Source: Eledone cirrhosa (lineage: Eukaryota). From it: a stretch of 64,000 bases of DNA. The first letter of the stretch is position 1, and the number at the start of each line of letters is the position of its first letter. The position numbers were made by a program, and so were the translations under genes. Shown in pieces: positions 11,960-24,700 of this stretch. The DNA lies in contig OZ024744.1 in the NCBI GenBank assembly GCA_964016885.1, forward strand, positions 3,038,001 through 3,102,000, read 5' to 3'. The notes beneath the pieces were generated by a model that was not told the DNA's origin, did no database searches, and saw only the letters and a program-made list of their open reading frames with translations.

Positions 11960-14900
11960 AGATAGCTTGGTGAAGAACGAAGTTTTGGGGGAAGACAAGG
12001 TAGAGAAAGATAGCTTGGTGAAGAACGAAGTTTTGAGGGAAGACAAGGTAGAGATAGATAGCTTGGTGAATAACGAAGTTTTGGGAGAAGACAAGGTAGA
12101 GAAAGATAGCTTGGTGAAGAACGACGTTTTGAGGGAAGACAAGGTAGAGAAAGATAGCTTGGTGAAGAACGAAGTTTTGGGGGAAGACAAGGTAGAGAAA
12201 GATAGCTTGGTGAAGAAGGAAATTTTGAGGGAAGAAAAGGTAGAGAAAGATAGCTTGGTGAAGAACGAAGTTTTGGGGGAAGACAAGGTAGAGAAAGATA
12301 GCTTGGTGAAGAACGAAGTTTTGGGGGAAGACAAGGTAGAGAAAGATAGCTTGGTGAAGAACGACGTTTTGGTGGAAGACAAGGTAGAGAAAGATATCTT
12401 GGTGAATAACGAAGTTTTGGGATAAGACAAGGTAGAGAAAGATAGCTTGGTGAAGAACGACGTTTTGAGGGAAGACAAGGTAGAGAAAGATAGCTTGGTG
12501 AAGAACGAAGTTTTGGGGAAGACAATGTAGAGAAAGATAGCTTGGTGAAGAACGAAGTTTTGGGGGAAGACAAGGTAGAGAAAGATAGCTTGGTGAAGAA
12601 CGAAGTTTTGAGGGAAGACAAGGTAGAGAAAGATAGCTTGGTGAATAACGAAGTTTTGGGAGAAGACAAGGTAGAGAAAGATAGTTGGTGAAGAACGAAG
12701 TTTTGAAGGAAGACAAGGCAGAGAAAGATAGCTTGATGAAGAACGAAGTTTTGAGGGAAGACAAGGTAGAGAAAGATAGCTTGGTGAAGAACGACGTTTT
12801 GTAGGAAGACAAGGTAGAGAAAGATAGCTTGGTGAAGAACGAAGTTTTGGGGGAAGACAAGGTAGAGAAAGATAGCTTGGTGAAGAACGAAGTTTTGGGG
12901 GAAGACAAGGTAGAGAAAGATAGCTTGGTGAAGAACGAAGTTTTGGGGAAGACAATGTAGAGAAAGTTAGCTTGGTGAAGAACGAAGATTTGGGGGAAGA
13001 CAAGGTAGAGAAAGATAGCTTGGTGAAGAACGAAGTTTTGGGAGAAGACAAGGTAGAGAAAGATAGCTTGGTGAAGAACGAAGTTTTGAGGGAAGACAAG
13101 GTAGAGAAAGATAGCTTGGTGAAGAACGACGTTTTGAGGGAAGACAAGGTAGAGAAAGATAGCTTGGTGAAGAACGACGTTTTGTGGAAAGACAAGGTAG
13201 AGAAAGATAGCTTGGTGAAGAACGAAGTTTTGGGGGAAGACGAGGTAGAGAAAGATAGCTTGGTGAAGAACGGAGTTTTGGGGGAAGACAAGGTAGAGAA
13301 AGATAGCTTGGTGAAGAACGAAGTTTTGGGGGAAGACAAGGTAGAGAAAGATAGCTTGGTGAAGAACGAAGTTTTGAGGGAAGACAATGTAGAGAAAGAT
13401 AGCTTGGTGAAGAACGAAGTTTTGGGGAAGATAATGTAGAGAAAGATAGCTTGGTGAAGAACGAAGTTTTGGGGAAGACAATGTAGAGAAAGATAGCTTG
13501 GTGAAGAACGAAGTTTTGGGGGAAGACAAGGTAGAGAAAGATAGCTTGGTGAATAACGAAGTTTTGGGAGAAGACAAGGTCGAGAAAGATAGCTTGGTGA
13601 AGAACGAAATTTTGAGGGAAGACAAGGTAGAGAAAGATAGCTTGGTGAAGAACGACGTTTTGGTGGATAACAAGGTAGAGAAAGATAGCTTGGTGAAGAA
13701 CGAAGTTTTGAGGGAAGACAATGTAGAGAAAGATAGCTTGGTGAAGAACGAAGTTTTGGGGAAGATAATGTAGAGAAAGATAGCTTGGTGAAGAACGAAG
13801 TTTTGGGGAAGAAAATGTAGAGAAAGATAGCTTGGTGAAGAACGAAGTTTTGGGGGAAGACAAGGTAGAGAAAGATAGCTTGGTGAATAACGAAGTTTTG
13901 GGAGAAGACAAGGTCGAGAAAGATAGCTTGGTGAAGAACGAAATTTTGAGGGAAGACAAGGTAGAGAAAGATAGCTTGGTGAAGAACGACGTTTTGGTGG
14001 AAGACAAGGTAGAGAAAGATAGCTTGGTGAAGAACGATATTTTGGGGAAGACAATGTAGAGAAAGATAGCTTGGTGAAGAACGAAGTTTTGGGGGAAGAC
14101 AAGGTAGAGAAAGATAGCTTGGTGAAGAACGAAGTTTTGAGGGAAGACAAGGTAGAGAAAGATAGCTTGGTGAATAACGAAGTTTTGGGAGAAGACAAGG
14201 TAGAGAAAGATAGTTGGTGAAGAACGAAGTTTTGAGGGAAGACAAGGTAGAGAAAGATAGCTTGGTGAAGAACGACGTTTTGAGGGAAGACAAGGTAGAG
14301 AAAGATAGCTTGGTGAAGAACGACGTTTTGTGGGAAGACAAGGTAGAGAAAGATAGCTTGGTGAAGAACGAAGTTTTGGGGGAAGACAAGGTAGAGAAAG
14401 ATAGCTTGGTGAAGAGGGAAGCTTTGGGAGAAGACAAGGTAGAGAAAGATAGCTTGGTGAAGAACGAAGTTTTGAGGGAAGACAAGGTAGAGAAAGATAG
14501 CTTGGTGAAGAACGACGTTTTGAGGGAAGACAAGGTAGAGAAAGATAGCTTGGTGAAGAACGACGTTTTGTGGGAAGACAAGGTAGAGAAAGATAGCTTG
14601 GTGAAGAACGAAGTTTTGGGGGAAGACAAGGTAGAGAAAGATAGCTTGGTGAAGAACGAAGTTTTGGGGGAAGACAAGGTAGAGAAAGATAGCTTGGTGA
14701 AGAACGAAGTTTTGGGGGAAGACAAGGTAGAGAAAGATAGCTTGGTGAAGAACGAAGTTTTGGGGAAGACAATGTAGAGAAAGATAGCTTGGTGAAGAAC
14801 GAAGTTTTGGGGGAAGACAAGGTAGAGAAAGATAGCTTGGTGAATAACGAAGTTTTGGGAGAAGACAAGGTCGAGAAAGATAGCTTGGTGAAGAACGAAA

Positions 14901-17900
14901 TTTTGAGGGAAGACAAGGTAGAGAAAGATAGCTTGGTGAAGAACGACGTTTTGGTGGAAGACAAGGTAGAGAAAGATAGCTTGGTGAAGAACGATATTTT
15001 GGGGAAGACAATGTAGAGAAAGATAGCTTGGTGAAGAACGAAGTTTTGGGGGAAGACAAGGTAGAGAAAGATAGCTTGGTGAAGAACGAAGTTTTGAGGG
15101 AAGACAAGGTAGAGAAAGATAGCTTGGTGAATAACGAAGTTTTGGGAGAAGACAAGGTAGAGAAAGATAGTTGGTGAAGAACGAAGTTTTGAGGGAAGAC
15201 AAGGTAGAGAAAGATAGCTTGGTGAAGAACGACGTTTTGAGGGAAGACAAGGTAGAGAAAGATAGCTTGGTGAAGAACGACGTTTTGTGGGAAGAGAAGG
15301 TAGAGAAAGATAGCTTGGTGAAGAACGAAGTTTTGGGGGAAGACAAGGTAGAGAAAGATAGCTTGGTGAAGAACGAAGTTTTGGGGAAGACAATATAGAG
15401 AAAGATAGCTTGGTGAAGAACGAAGTTTTGGGGGAAGACAAGGTAGAGAAAGATAGCTTGGTGAAGAACGAAGTTTTGAGGGAAGACAAGGTAGAGAAAG
15501 ATAGCTTGGTGAATAACGAAGTTTTGGGAGAAGACAAGGTAGAGAAAGATAGCTTGGTGAAGAACGACGTTTTGTGGGAAGACAAGGTAGAGAAAGATAG
15601 CTTGGTGAAGAACGAAGTTTTGGGGGAAGACAAGGTAGAGAAAGATAACTTGGTGAAGAACGAAGTTTTCGGGAAGACAATGTAGAGAAAGATAGCTTGG
15701 TGAAGAACGAAGTTTTGGGGGAAGACAGGGTAGAGAAAGATAGCTTGGTGAAGAAGGAAATTTTGAGGGAAGACAAGGTAGAGAAAAATAGCTTGGTGAA
15801 GAACGACGTTTTGGTGGAAGACAAGGTAGAGAAAGATAGCTTGGTGAAGAACGATGTTTTGGGGAAGACAATGTAGAGAAAGATAGCTTGGTGAATAACG
15901 AAGTTTTGGGAGAAGACAAGGTAGAGAAAGATAGCTTGGTGAAGAACGACGTTTTGGTGGAAGACAAGGTAGAGAAAGATATCTTGGTGAATAACGAAGT
16001 TTTGGGAGAAGACAAGGTAGAGAAAGATAGCTTGGTGAAGAACGACGTTTTGAGGGAAGACAAGGTAGAGAAAGATAGCTTGGTGAAGAACGAAGTTTTG
16101 GGGAAGACAATGTAGAGAAAGATAGCTTGGTGAAGAACGAAGTTTTGGGGGAAGACAAGGTAGAGAAAGATAGCTTGGTGAAGAACGAAGTTTTGGGGAA
16201 GACAATGTAGAGAAAGATAGCTTGGTGAAGAACGAAGTTTTGGGGGAAGACAAGGTAGAGAAAGATAGCTTGGTGAAGAACGAAGTTTTGGGGAAGACAA
16301 TGTAGAGAAAGATAGCTTGGTGAAGAACGAAGATTTGGGGGAAGACAAGGTAGAGAAAGATAGCTTGGTGAAGAACGAAGTTTTGGGAGAAGACAAGGTA
16401 GAGAAAGATAGCTTGGTGAAGAACGAAGTTTTGAGGGAAGACAATGTAGAGAAAGATAGCTTGGTGAAGAACGAAGTTTTGGGGGAAGACAAGGTAGAGA
16501 AAGATAGCTTGGTGAAGAACGAAGTTTTGAGGGAAGACAAGGTAGAGATAGATAGCTTGGTGAATAACGAAGTTTTGGGAGAAGACAAGGTAGAGAAAGA
16601 TAGCTTGGTGAAGAACGACGTTTTGAGGGAAGACAAGGTAGAGAAAGATAGCTTGGTGAAGAACGAAGTTTTGGGGGAAGACAAGGTAGAGAAAGATAGC
16701 TTGGTGAAGAAGGAAATTTTGAGGGAAGAAAAGGTAGAGAAAGATAGCTTGGTGAAGAACGAAGTTTTGGGGGAAGACAAGGTAGAGAAAGATAGCTTGG
16801 TGAAGAACGAAGTTTTGGGGGAAGACAAGGTAGAGAAAGATAGCTTGGTGAAGAACGACGTTTTGGTGGAAGACAAGGTAGAGAAAGATATCTTGGTGAA
16901 TAACGAAGTTTTGGGATAAGACAAGGTAGAGAAAGATAGCTTGGTGAAGAACGACGTTTTGAGGGAAGACAAGGTAGAGAAAGATAGCTTGGTGAAGAAC
17001 GAAGTTTTGGGGAAGACAATGTAGAGAAAGATAGCTTGGTGAAGAACGAAGTTTTGGGGGAAGACAAGGTAGAGAAAGATAGCTTGGTGAAGAACGAAGT
17101 TTTGAGGGAAGACAAGGTAGAGAAAGATAGCTTGGTGAATAACGAAGTTTTGGGAGAAGACAAGGTAGAGAAAGATAGTTGGTGAAGAACGAAGTTTTGA
17201 AGGAAGACAAGGCAGAGAAAGATAGCTTGATGAAGAACGAAGTTTTGAGGGAAGACAAGGTAGAGAAAGATAGCTTGGTGAAGAACGACGTTTTGTAGGA
17301 AGACAAGGTAGAGAAAGATAGCTTGGTGAAGAACGAAGTTTTGGGGGAAGACGAGGTAGAGAAAGATAGCTTGGTGAAGAACGAAGTTTTGGGGGAAGAC
17401 AAGGTAGAGAAAGATAGCTTGGTGAAGAACGAAGTTTTGGGGAAGACAATGTAGAGAAAGTTAGCTTGGTGAAGAACGAAGATTTGGGGGAAGACAAGGT
17501 AGAGAAAGATAGCTTGGTGAAGAACGAAGTTTTGGGAGAAGACAAGGTAGAGAAAGATAGCTTGGTGAAGAACGAAGTTTTGAGGGAAGACAAGGTAGAG
17601 AAAGATAGCTTGGTGAAGAACGACGTTTTGAGGGAAGACAAGGTAGAGAAAGATAGCTTGGTGAAGAACGACGTTTTGTGGAAAGACAAGGTAGAGAAAG
17701 ATAGCTTGGTGAAGAACGAAGTTTTGGGGGAAGACGAGGTAGAGAAAGATAGCTTGGTGAAGAACGGAGTTTTGGGGGAAGACAAGGTAGAGAAAGATAG
17801 CTTGGTGAAGAACGAAGTTTTGGGGGAAGACAAGGTAGGGAAAGATAGCTTGGTGAAGAACGAAGTTTTGAGGGAAGACAATGTAGAGAAAGATAGCTTG

Positions 17901-20200
17901 GTGAAGAACGAAGTTTTGGGGAAGATAATGTAGAGAAAGATAGCTTGGTGAAGAACGAAGTTTTGGGGAAGACAATGTAGAGAAAGATAGCTTGGTGAAG
18001 AACGAAGTTTTGGGGGAAGACAAGGTAGAGAAAGATAGCTTGGTGAATAACGAAGTTTTGGGAGAAGACAAGGTCGAGAAAGATAGCTTGGTGAAGAACG
18101 AAATTTTGAGGGAAGACAAGGTAGAGAAAGATAGCTTGGTGAAGAACGACGTTTTGGTGGATAACAAGGTAGAGAAAGATAGCTTGGTGAAGAACGAAGT
18201 TTTGAGGGAAGACAATGTAGAGAAAGATAGCTTGGTGAAGAACGAAGTTTTGGGGAAGATAATGTAGAGAAAGATAGCTTGGTGAAGAACGAAGTTTTGG
18301 GGAAGAAAATGTAGAGAAAGATAGCTTGGTGAAGAACGAAGTTTTGGGGGAAGACAAGGTAGAGAAAGATAGCTTGGTGAATAACGAAGTTTTGGGAGAA
18401 GACAAGGTCGAGAAAGATAGCTTGGTGAAGAACGAAATTTTGAGGGAAGACAAGGTAGAGAAAGATAGCTTGGTGAAGAACGACGTTTTGGTGGAAGACA
18501 AGGTAGAGAAAGATAGCTTGGTGAAGAACGATATTTTGGGGAAGACAATGTAGAGAAAGATAGCTTGGTGAAGAACGAAGTTTTGGGGGAAGACAAGGTA
18601 GAGAAAGATAGCTTGGTGAAGAACGAAGTTTTGAGGGAAGACAAGGTAGAGAAAGATAGCTTGGTGAATAACGAAGTTTTGGGAGAAGACAAGGTAGAGA
18701 AAGATAGCTTGGTGAAGAGGGAAGCTTTGGGAGAAGACAAGGTAGAGAAAGATAGCTTGGTGAAGAACGAAGTTTTGAGGGAAGACAAGGTAGAGAAAGA
18801 TAGCTTGGTGAAGAACGACGTTTTGTGGGAAGACAAGGTAGAGAAAGATAGCTTGGTGAAGAACGAAGTTTTGGGGGAAGACAAGGTAGAGAAAGATAGC
18901 TTGGTGAAGAGGGAAGCTTTGGGAGAAGACAAGGTAGAGAAAGATAGCTTGGTGAAGAACGAAGTTTTGAGGGAAGACAAGGTAGAGAAAGATAGCTTGG
19001 TGAAGAACGACGTTTTGAGGGAAGACAAGGTAGAGAAAGATAGCTTGGTGAAGAACGACGTTTTGTGGGAAGACAAGGTAGAGAAAGATAGCTTGGTGAA
19101 GAACGAAGTTTTGGGGGAAGACAAGGTAGAGAAAGATAGCTTGGTGAAGAACGAAGTTTTGGGGGAAGACAAGGTAGAGAAAGATAGCTTGGTGAAGAAC
19201 GAAGTTTTGGGGGAAGACAAGGTAGAGAAAGATAGCTTGGTGAAGAACGAAGTTTTGGGGAAGACAATGTAGAGAAAGATAGCTTGGTGAAGAACGAAGT
19301 TTTGGGGGAAGACAAGGTAGAGAAAGATAGCTTGGTGAATAACGAAGTTTTGGGAGAAGACAAGGTCGAGAAAGATAGCTTGGTGAAGAACGAAATTTTG
19401 AGGGAAGACAAGGTAGAGAAAGATAGCTTGGTGAAGAACGACGTTTTGGTGGAAGACAAGGTAGAGAAAGATAGCTTGGTGAAGAACGATATTTTGGGGA
19501 AGACAATGTAGAGAAAGATAGCTTGGTGAAGAACGAAGTTTTGGGGGAAGACAAGGTAGAGAAAGATAGCTTGGTGAAGAACGAAGTTTTGAGGGAAGAC
19601 AAGGTAGAGAAAGATAGCTTGGTGAATAACGAAGTTTTGGGAGAAGACAAGGTAGAGAAAGATAGTTGGTGAAGAACGAAGTTTTGAGGGAAGACAAGGT
19701 AGAGAAAGATAGCTTGGTGAAGAACGACGTTTTGAGGGAAGACAAGGTAGAGAAAGATAGCTTGGTGAAGAACGACGTTTTGTGGGAAGAGAAGGTAGAG
19801 AAAGATAGCTTGGTGAAGAACGAAGTTTTGGGGGAAGACAAGGTAGAGAAAGATAGCTTGGTGAAGAACGAAGTTTTGGGGAAGACAATATAGAGAAAGA
19901 TAGCTTGGTGAAGAACGAAGTTTTGGGGGAAGACAAGGTAGAGAAAGATAGCTTGGTGAAGAACGAAGTTTTGAGGGAAGACAAGGTAGAGAAAGATAGC
20001 TTGGTGAATAACGAAGTTTTGGGAGAAGACAAGGTAGAGAAAGATAGCTTGGTGAAGAACGACGTTTTGTGGGAAGACAAGGTAGAGAAAGATAGCTTGG
20101 TGAAGAACGAAGTTTTGGGGGAAGACAAGGTAGAGAAAGATAACTTGGTGAAGAACGAAGTTTTCGGGAAGACAATGTAGAGAAAGATAGCTTGGTGAAG
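11960..20200. repeat. Higher-order duplication, 4494/4495-bp period (~94 monomers)
   Basis: Rare markers occur in pairs: GAGATAGATA at 12051 and 16545, plus GGGATAAG, TGTAGGAAG, AAAGTTAGC, GGATAAC and GAAGAAAATG. ORFs 12972->17466, 13498->17992, 13832->18326 (4494) and 14789->19284, 15171->19666, 15410->19905 (4495). Confidence 0.92.
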
Positions 20201-21709
20201 AACGAAGTTTTGGGGGAAGACAAGGTAGAGAAAGATAGCTTGGTGAAGAACGAAGTTTTGGGGAAGACAATGTAGAGAAAGATAGCATGGTGAAGAACGA
20301 AGATTTGGGGGAAGACAAGGTAGAGAAAGATAGCTTGGTGAAGAACGAAGTTTTGGGAGAAGACAAGGTAGAGAAAGATAGCTTGGTGAAGAACGAAGTT
20401 TTGAGGGAAGACAAGGTAGAGAAAGATAGCTTGGTGAAGAACGACGTTTTGAGGGAAGACAAGGTAGAGAAAGATAGCTTGGTGAAGAACGACGTTTTGT
20501 GGGAAGACAAGGTAGAGAAAGATAGCTTGGTGAAGAACGAAGTTTTGGGGGAAGACAAGGTAGAGAAAGATAGCTTGGTGAAGAACGGAGTTTTGGGGGA
20601 AGACAAGGTAGAGAAAGATAGCTTGGTGAAGAAGGAAGTTTTGGGGGAAGACAAGGTAGAGAAAGATAGCTTGGTGAAGAACGAAGTTTTGAGGGAAGAC
20701 AATGTAGAGAAAGATAGCTTGGTGAAGAACGAAGTTTTGGGGAAGATAATGTAGAGAAAGATAGCTTGGTGAAGAACGAAGTTTTGGAGGAAGACAAGGT
20801 AGAGAAAGATAGCTTGGTGAAGAAGGAAATTTTGAGGGAAGACAAGGTAGAGAAAAATAGCTTGGTGAAGAACGATGTTTTGGGGAAGACAATGTAGAGA
20901 AAGATAGCTTGGTGAATAACGAAGTTTTGGGAGAAGACAAGGTAGAGAAAGATAGCTTAGTGAAGAACGACGTTTTGGTGGGAGACAAGGTAGAGAAAGA
21001 TATCTTGGTGAATAACGAAGTTTTGGGAGAAGACAAGGTAGAGAAAGATAGCTTGGTGAAGAACGACGTTTTGAGGGAAGACAAGGTAGAGAAAGATAGC
21101 TTGGTGAAGAACGAAGTTTTGGGGAAGACAATGTAGAGAAAGATAGCTTGGTGAAGAACGAAGTTTTGGGGGAAGACAAGGTAGAGAAAGATAGCTTGGT
21201 GAAGAACGAAGTTTTGAGGGAAGACAAGGTAGAGAAAGATAGCTTGGTGAAGAACGAAGTTTTGGGAGAAGACAAGGTAGAGAAAGATAGTTGGTGAAGA
21301 ACGAAGTTTTGAAGGAAGACAAGGCAAAGAAAGATAGCTTGATGAAGAACGAAGTTTTGAGGGAAGACAAGGTAGAGAAAGATAGCTTGGTGAAGAACGA
21401 AGTTTTGGGGGAAGACAAGGTAGAGAAAGATAGCTTGGTGAAGAACGAAGTTTTGTGGGAAGACAAGGTAGAGAAAGATAGCTTGGTGAAGAACGAAGTT
21501 TTGGGGGAAGACAAGGTAGAGAAAGATAGCTTGGTGAAGAACGAAGTTTTTGGGGAAGACAAGGTAGAGAAAGATAGCTTGGTGAAGAACGAAGTTTTGG
21601 GGGAAGACAAGGTAGAGAAAGATAGCTTGGTGAAGAACGAAGTTTTGGGGGAAGACAAGGTAGAGAAAGATAGCTTGGTGAAGAACGAAGTTTTGGGGAA
21701 GACAATGTT

Positions 21710-24700
21710 ATGAAAGATAGCTTGGTGAAGAACGAAGATTTGGGGGAAGACAAGGTAGAGAAAGATAGCTTGGTGAAGAACGAAGTTTTGGGAGAAGACA
21801 AGGTAGAGAAAGATAGCTTGGTGAAGAACGAAGTTTTGAGGGAAGACAAGGTAGAGAAAGATAGCTTGGTGAAGAACGACGTTTTGAGGGAAGACAAGGT
21901 AGAGAAAGATAGCTTGGTGAAGAACGACGTTTTGTGGGAAGACAAGGTAGAGAAAGATAGCTTGGTGAAGAACGGAGTTTTGGGGGAAGACAAGGTAGAG
22001 AAAGATAGCTTGGTGAAGAACGAAGTTTTGGGGGAAGACAAGGTAGAGAAAGATAGCTTGGTGAAGAACGTAGTTTTGAGGGAAGACAATGTAGAGAAAG
22101 ATAGCTTGGTGAAGAACGAAGTTTTGGGGAAGATAATGTAGAGAAAGATAGCTTGGTGAAGAACGAAGTTTTGGGGAAGACAATGTAGAGAAAGATAGCT
22201 TGGTGAAGAACGAAGTTTTGGGGGAAGACAAGGTAGAGAAAGATAGCTTGGTGAATAACGAAGTTTTGGGAGAAGACAAGGTCGAGAAAGATAGCTTGGT
22301 GAAGAACGAAATTTTGAGGGAAGACAAGGTAGAGAAAGATAGCTTGGTGAAGAACGAAGTTTTGAGGGAAGACAAGGTAGAGAAAGATAGCTTGGTGAAT
22401 AACGAAGTTTTGGGAGAAGACAAGGTAGAGAAAGATAGCTTGGTGTAGAACGACGTTTTGTGGGAAGACAAGGTAGAGAAAGATAGCTTGGTGAAGAACG
22501 AAGTTTTGGGGGAAGACAAGGTAGAGAAAGATAACTTGGTGAAGAACGAAGTTTTGGGGGAAGACAAGGTAGAGAAAGATAGCTTGGTGAAGAACGAAGT
22601 TTTCGGGAAGACAATGTAGAGAAAGATAGCTTGGTGAAGAACGAAGTTTTGGGGGAAGACAAGGTAGAGAAAGATAGCTTGGTGAAGAAGGAAATTTTGA
22701 GGGAAGACAAGGTAGAGAAAAATAGCTTGGTGAAGAACGACGTTTTGGTGGAAGACAAGGTAGAGAAAGATATCTTGGTGAATAACGAAGTTTTGGGAGA
22801 AGACAAGGTAGAGAAAGATAGCTTGGTGAAGAACGACGTTTTGAGGGAAGACAAGGTAGAGAAAGATAGCTTGGTGAAGAACGAAGTTTTTGGGAAGACA
22901 ATGTAGAGAAAGATAGCTTGGTGAAGAACGAAGTTTTGGGGGAAGACAAGGTAGAGAAAGATAGCTTGGTGAAGAACGAAGTTTTGGGGAAGACAATGTA
23001 GAGAAAGATAGCTTGGTGAAGAACGAAGTTTTGGGGGAAGACAAGGTAGAGAAAGATAGCTTGGTGAAGAACGAAGTTTTGGGGAAGACAATGTAGAGAA
23101 AGATAGCTTGGTGAAGAACGAAGTTTTGAGGGAAGACAAGGTAGAGAAAGATAGCTTGGTGAAGAACGACGTTTTGAGGGAAGACAAGGTAGAGAAAGAT
23201 AGCTTGGTGAAGAACGACGTTTTGTGGGAAGACAAGGTAGAGAAAGATAGCTTGGTGAAGAACGACGTTTTGTGGGAAGACAAGGTAGAGAAAGATAGCT
23301 TGGTGAAGAACGGAGTTTTGGGGGAAGACAAGGTAGAGAAAGATAGCTTGGTGAAGAACGAAGTTTTGGGGGAAGACAAGGTAGAGAAAGATAGCTTGGT
23401 GAAGAACGACGTTTTGTGGGAAGACAAGGTAGAGAAAGATAGCTTGGTGAAGAACGGAGTTTTGGGGGAAGACAAGGTAGAGAAAGATAGCTTGGTGAAG
23501 AACGAAGTTTTGGGGGAAGACAAGGTAGAGAAAGATAGCTTGGTGAAGAACGAAGTTTTGAGGGAAGACAATGTAGAGAAAGATAGCTTGGTGAAGAACG
23601 AAGTTTTGGGGAAGACAATGTAGAGAAAGATAGCTTGGTGAAGAACGAAGTTTTGGGGAAGACAATGTAGAGAAAGATAGCTTGGTGAAGAACGAAGTTT
23701 TGGGGGAAGACAAGGTAGAGAAAGATAGCTTGGTGAATAACGAAGTTTTGGGAGAAGACAAGGTCGAGAAAGATAGCTTGGTGAAGAACGAAATTTTGAG
23801 GGAAGACAAGGTAGAGAAAGATAGCTTGGTGAAGAACGAAGTTTTGAGGGAAGACAAGGTAGAGAAAGATAGCTTGGTGAATAACGAAGTTTTGGGAGAA
23901 GACAAGGTAGAGAAAGATAGCTTGGTGAAGAACGACGTTTTGTGGGAAGACAAGGTAGAGAAAGATAGCTTGGTGAAGAACGAAGTTTTGGGGGAAGACA
24001 AGGTAGAGAAAGATAACTTGGTGAAGAACGAAGTTTTGGGGGAAGACAAGGTAGAGAAAGATAGCTTGGTGAAGAACGAAGTTTTCGGGAAGACAATGTA
24101 GAGAAAGATAGCTTGGTGAAGAACGAAGTTTTGGGGGAAGACAAGGTAGAGAAAGATAGCTTGGTGAAGAAGGAAATTTTGAGGGAAGACAAGGTAGAGA
24201 AAAATAGCTTGGTGAAGAACGACGTTTTGGTGGAAGACAAGGTAGAGAAAGATATCTTGGTGAATAACGAAGTTTTGGGAGAAGACAAGGTAGAGAAAGA
24301 TAGCTTGGTGAAGAACGACGTTTTGAGGGAAGACAAGGTAGAGAAAGATAGCTTGGTGAAGAACGAAGTTTTGGGGAAGACAATGTAGAGAAAGATAGCT
24401 TGGTGAAGAACGAAGTTTTGGGGGAAGACAAGGTAGAGAAAGATAGCTTGGTGAAGAACGAAGTTTTGGGGAAGACAATGTAGAGAAAGATAGCTTGGTG
24501 AAGAACGAAGTTTTGGGGGAAGACAAGGTAGAGAAAGATAGCTTGGTGAAGAACGAAGTTTTGGGGAAGACAATGTAGAGAAAGATAGCTTGGTGAAGAA
24601 CGAAGATTTGGGGGAAGACAAGGTAGAGAAAGATAGCTTGGTGAAGAACGAAGTTTTGGGAGAAGACAAGGTAGAGAAAGATAGCTTGGTGAAGAACGAA

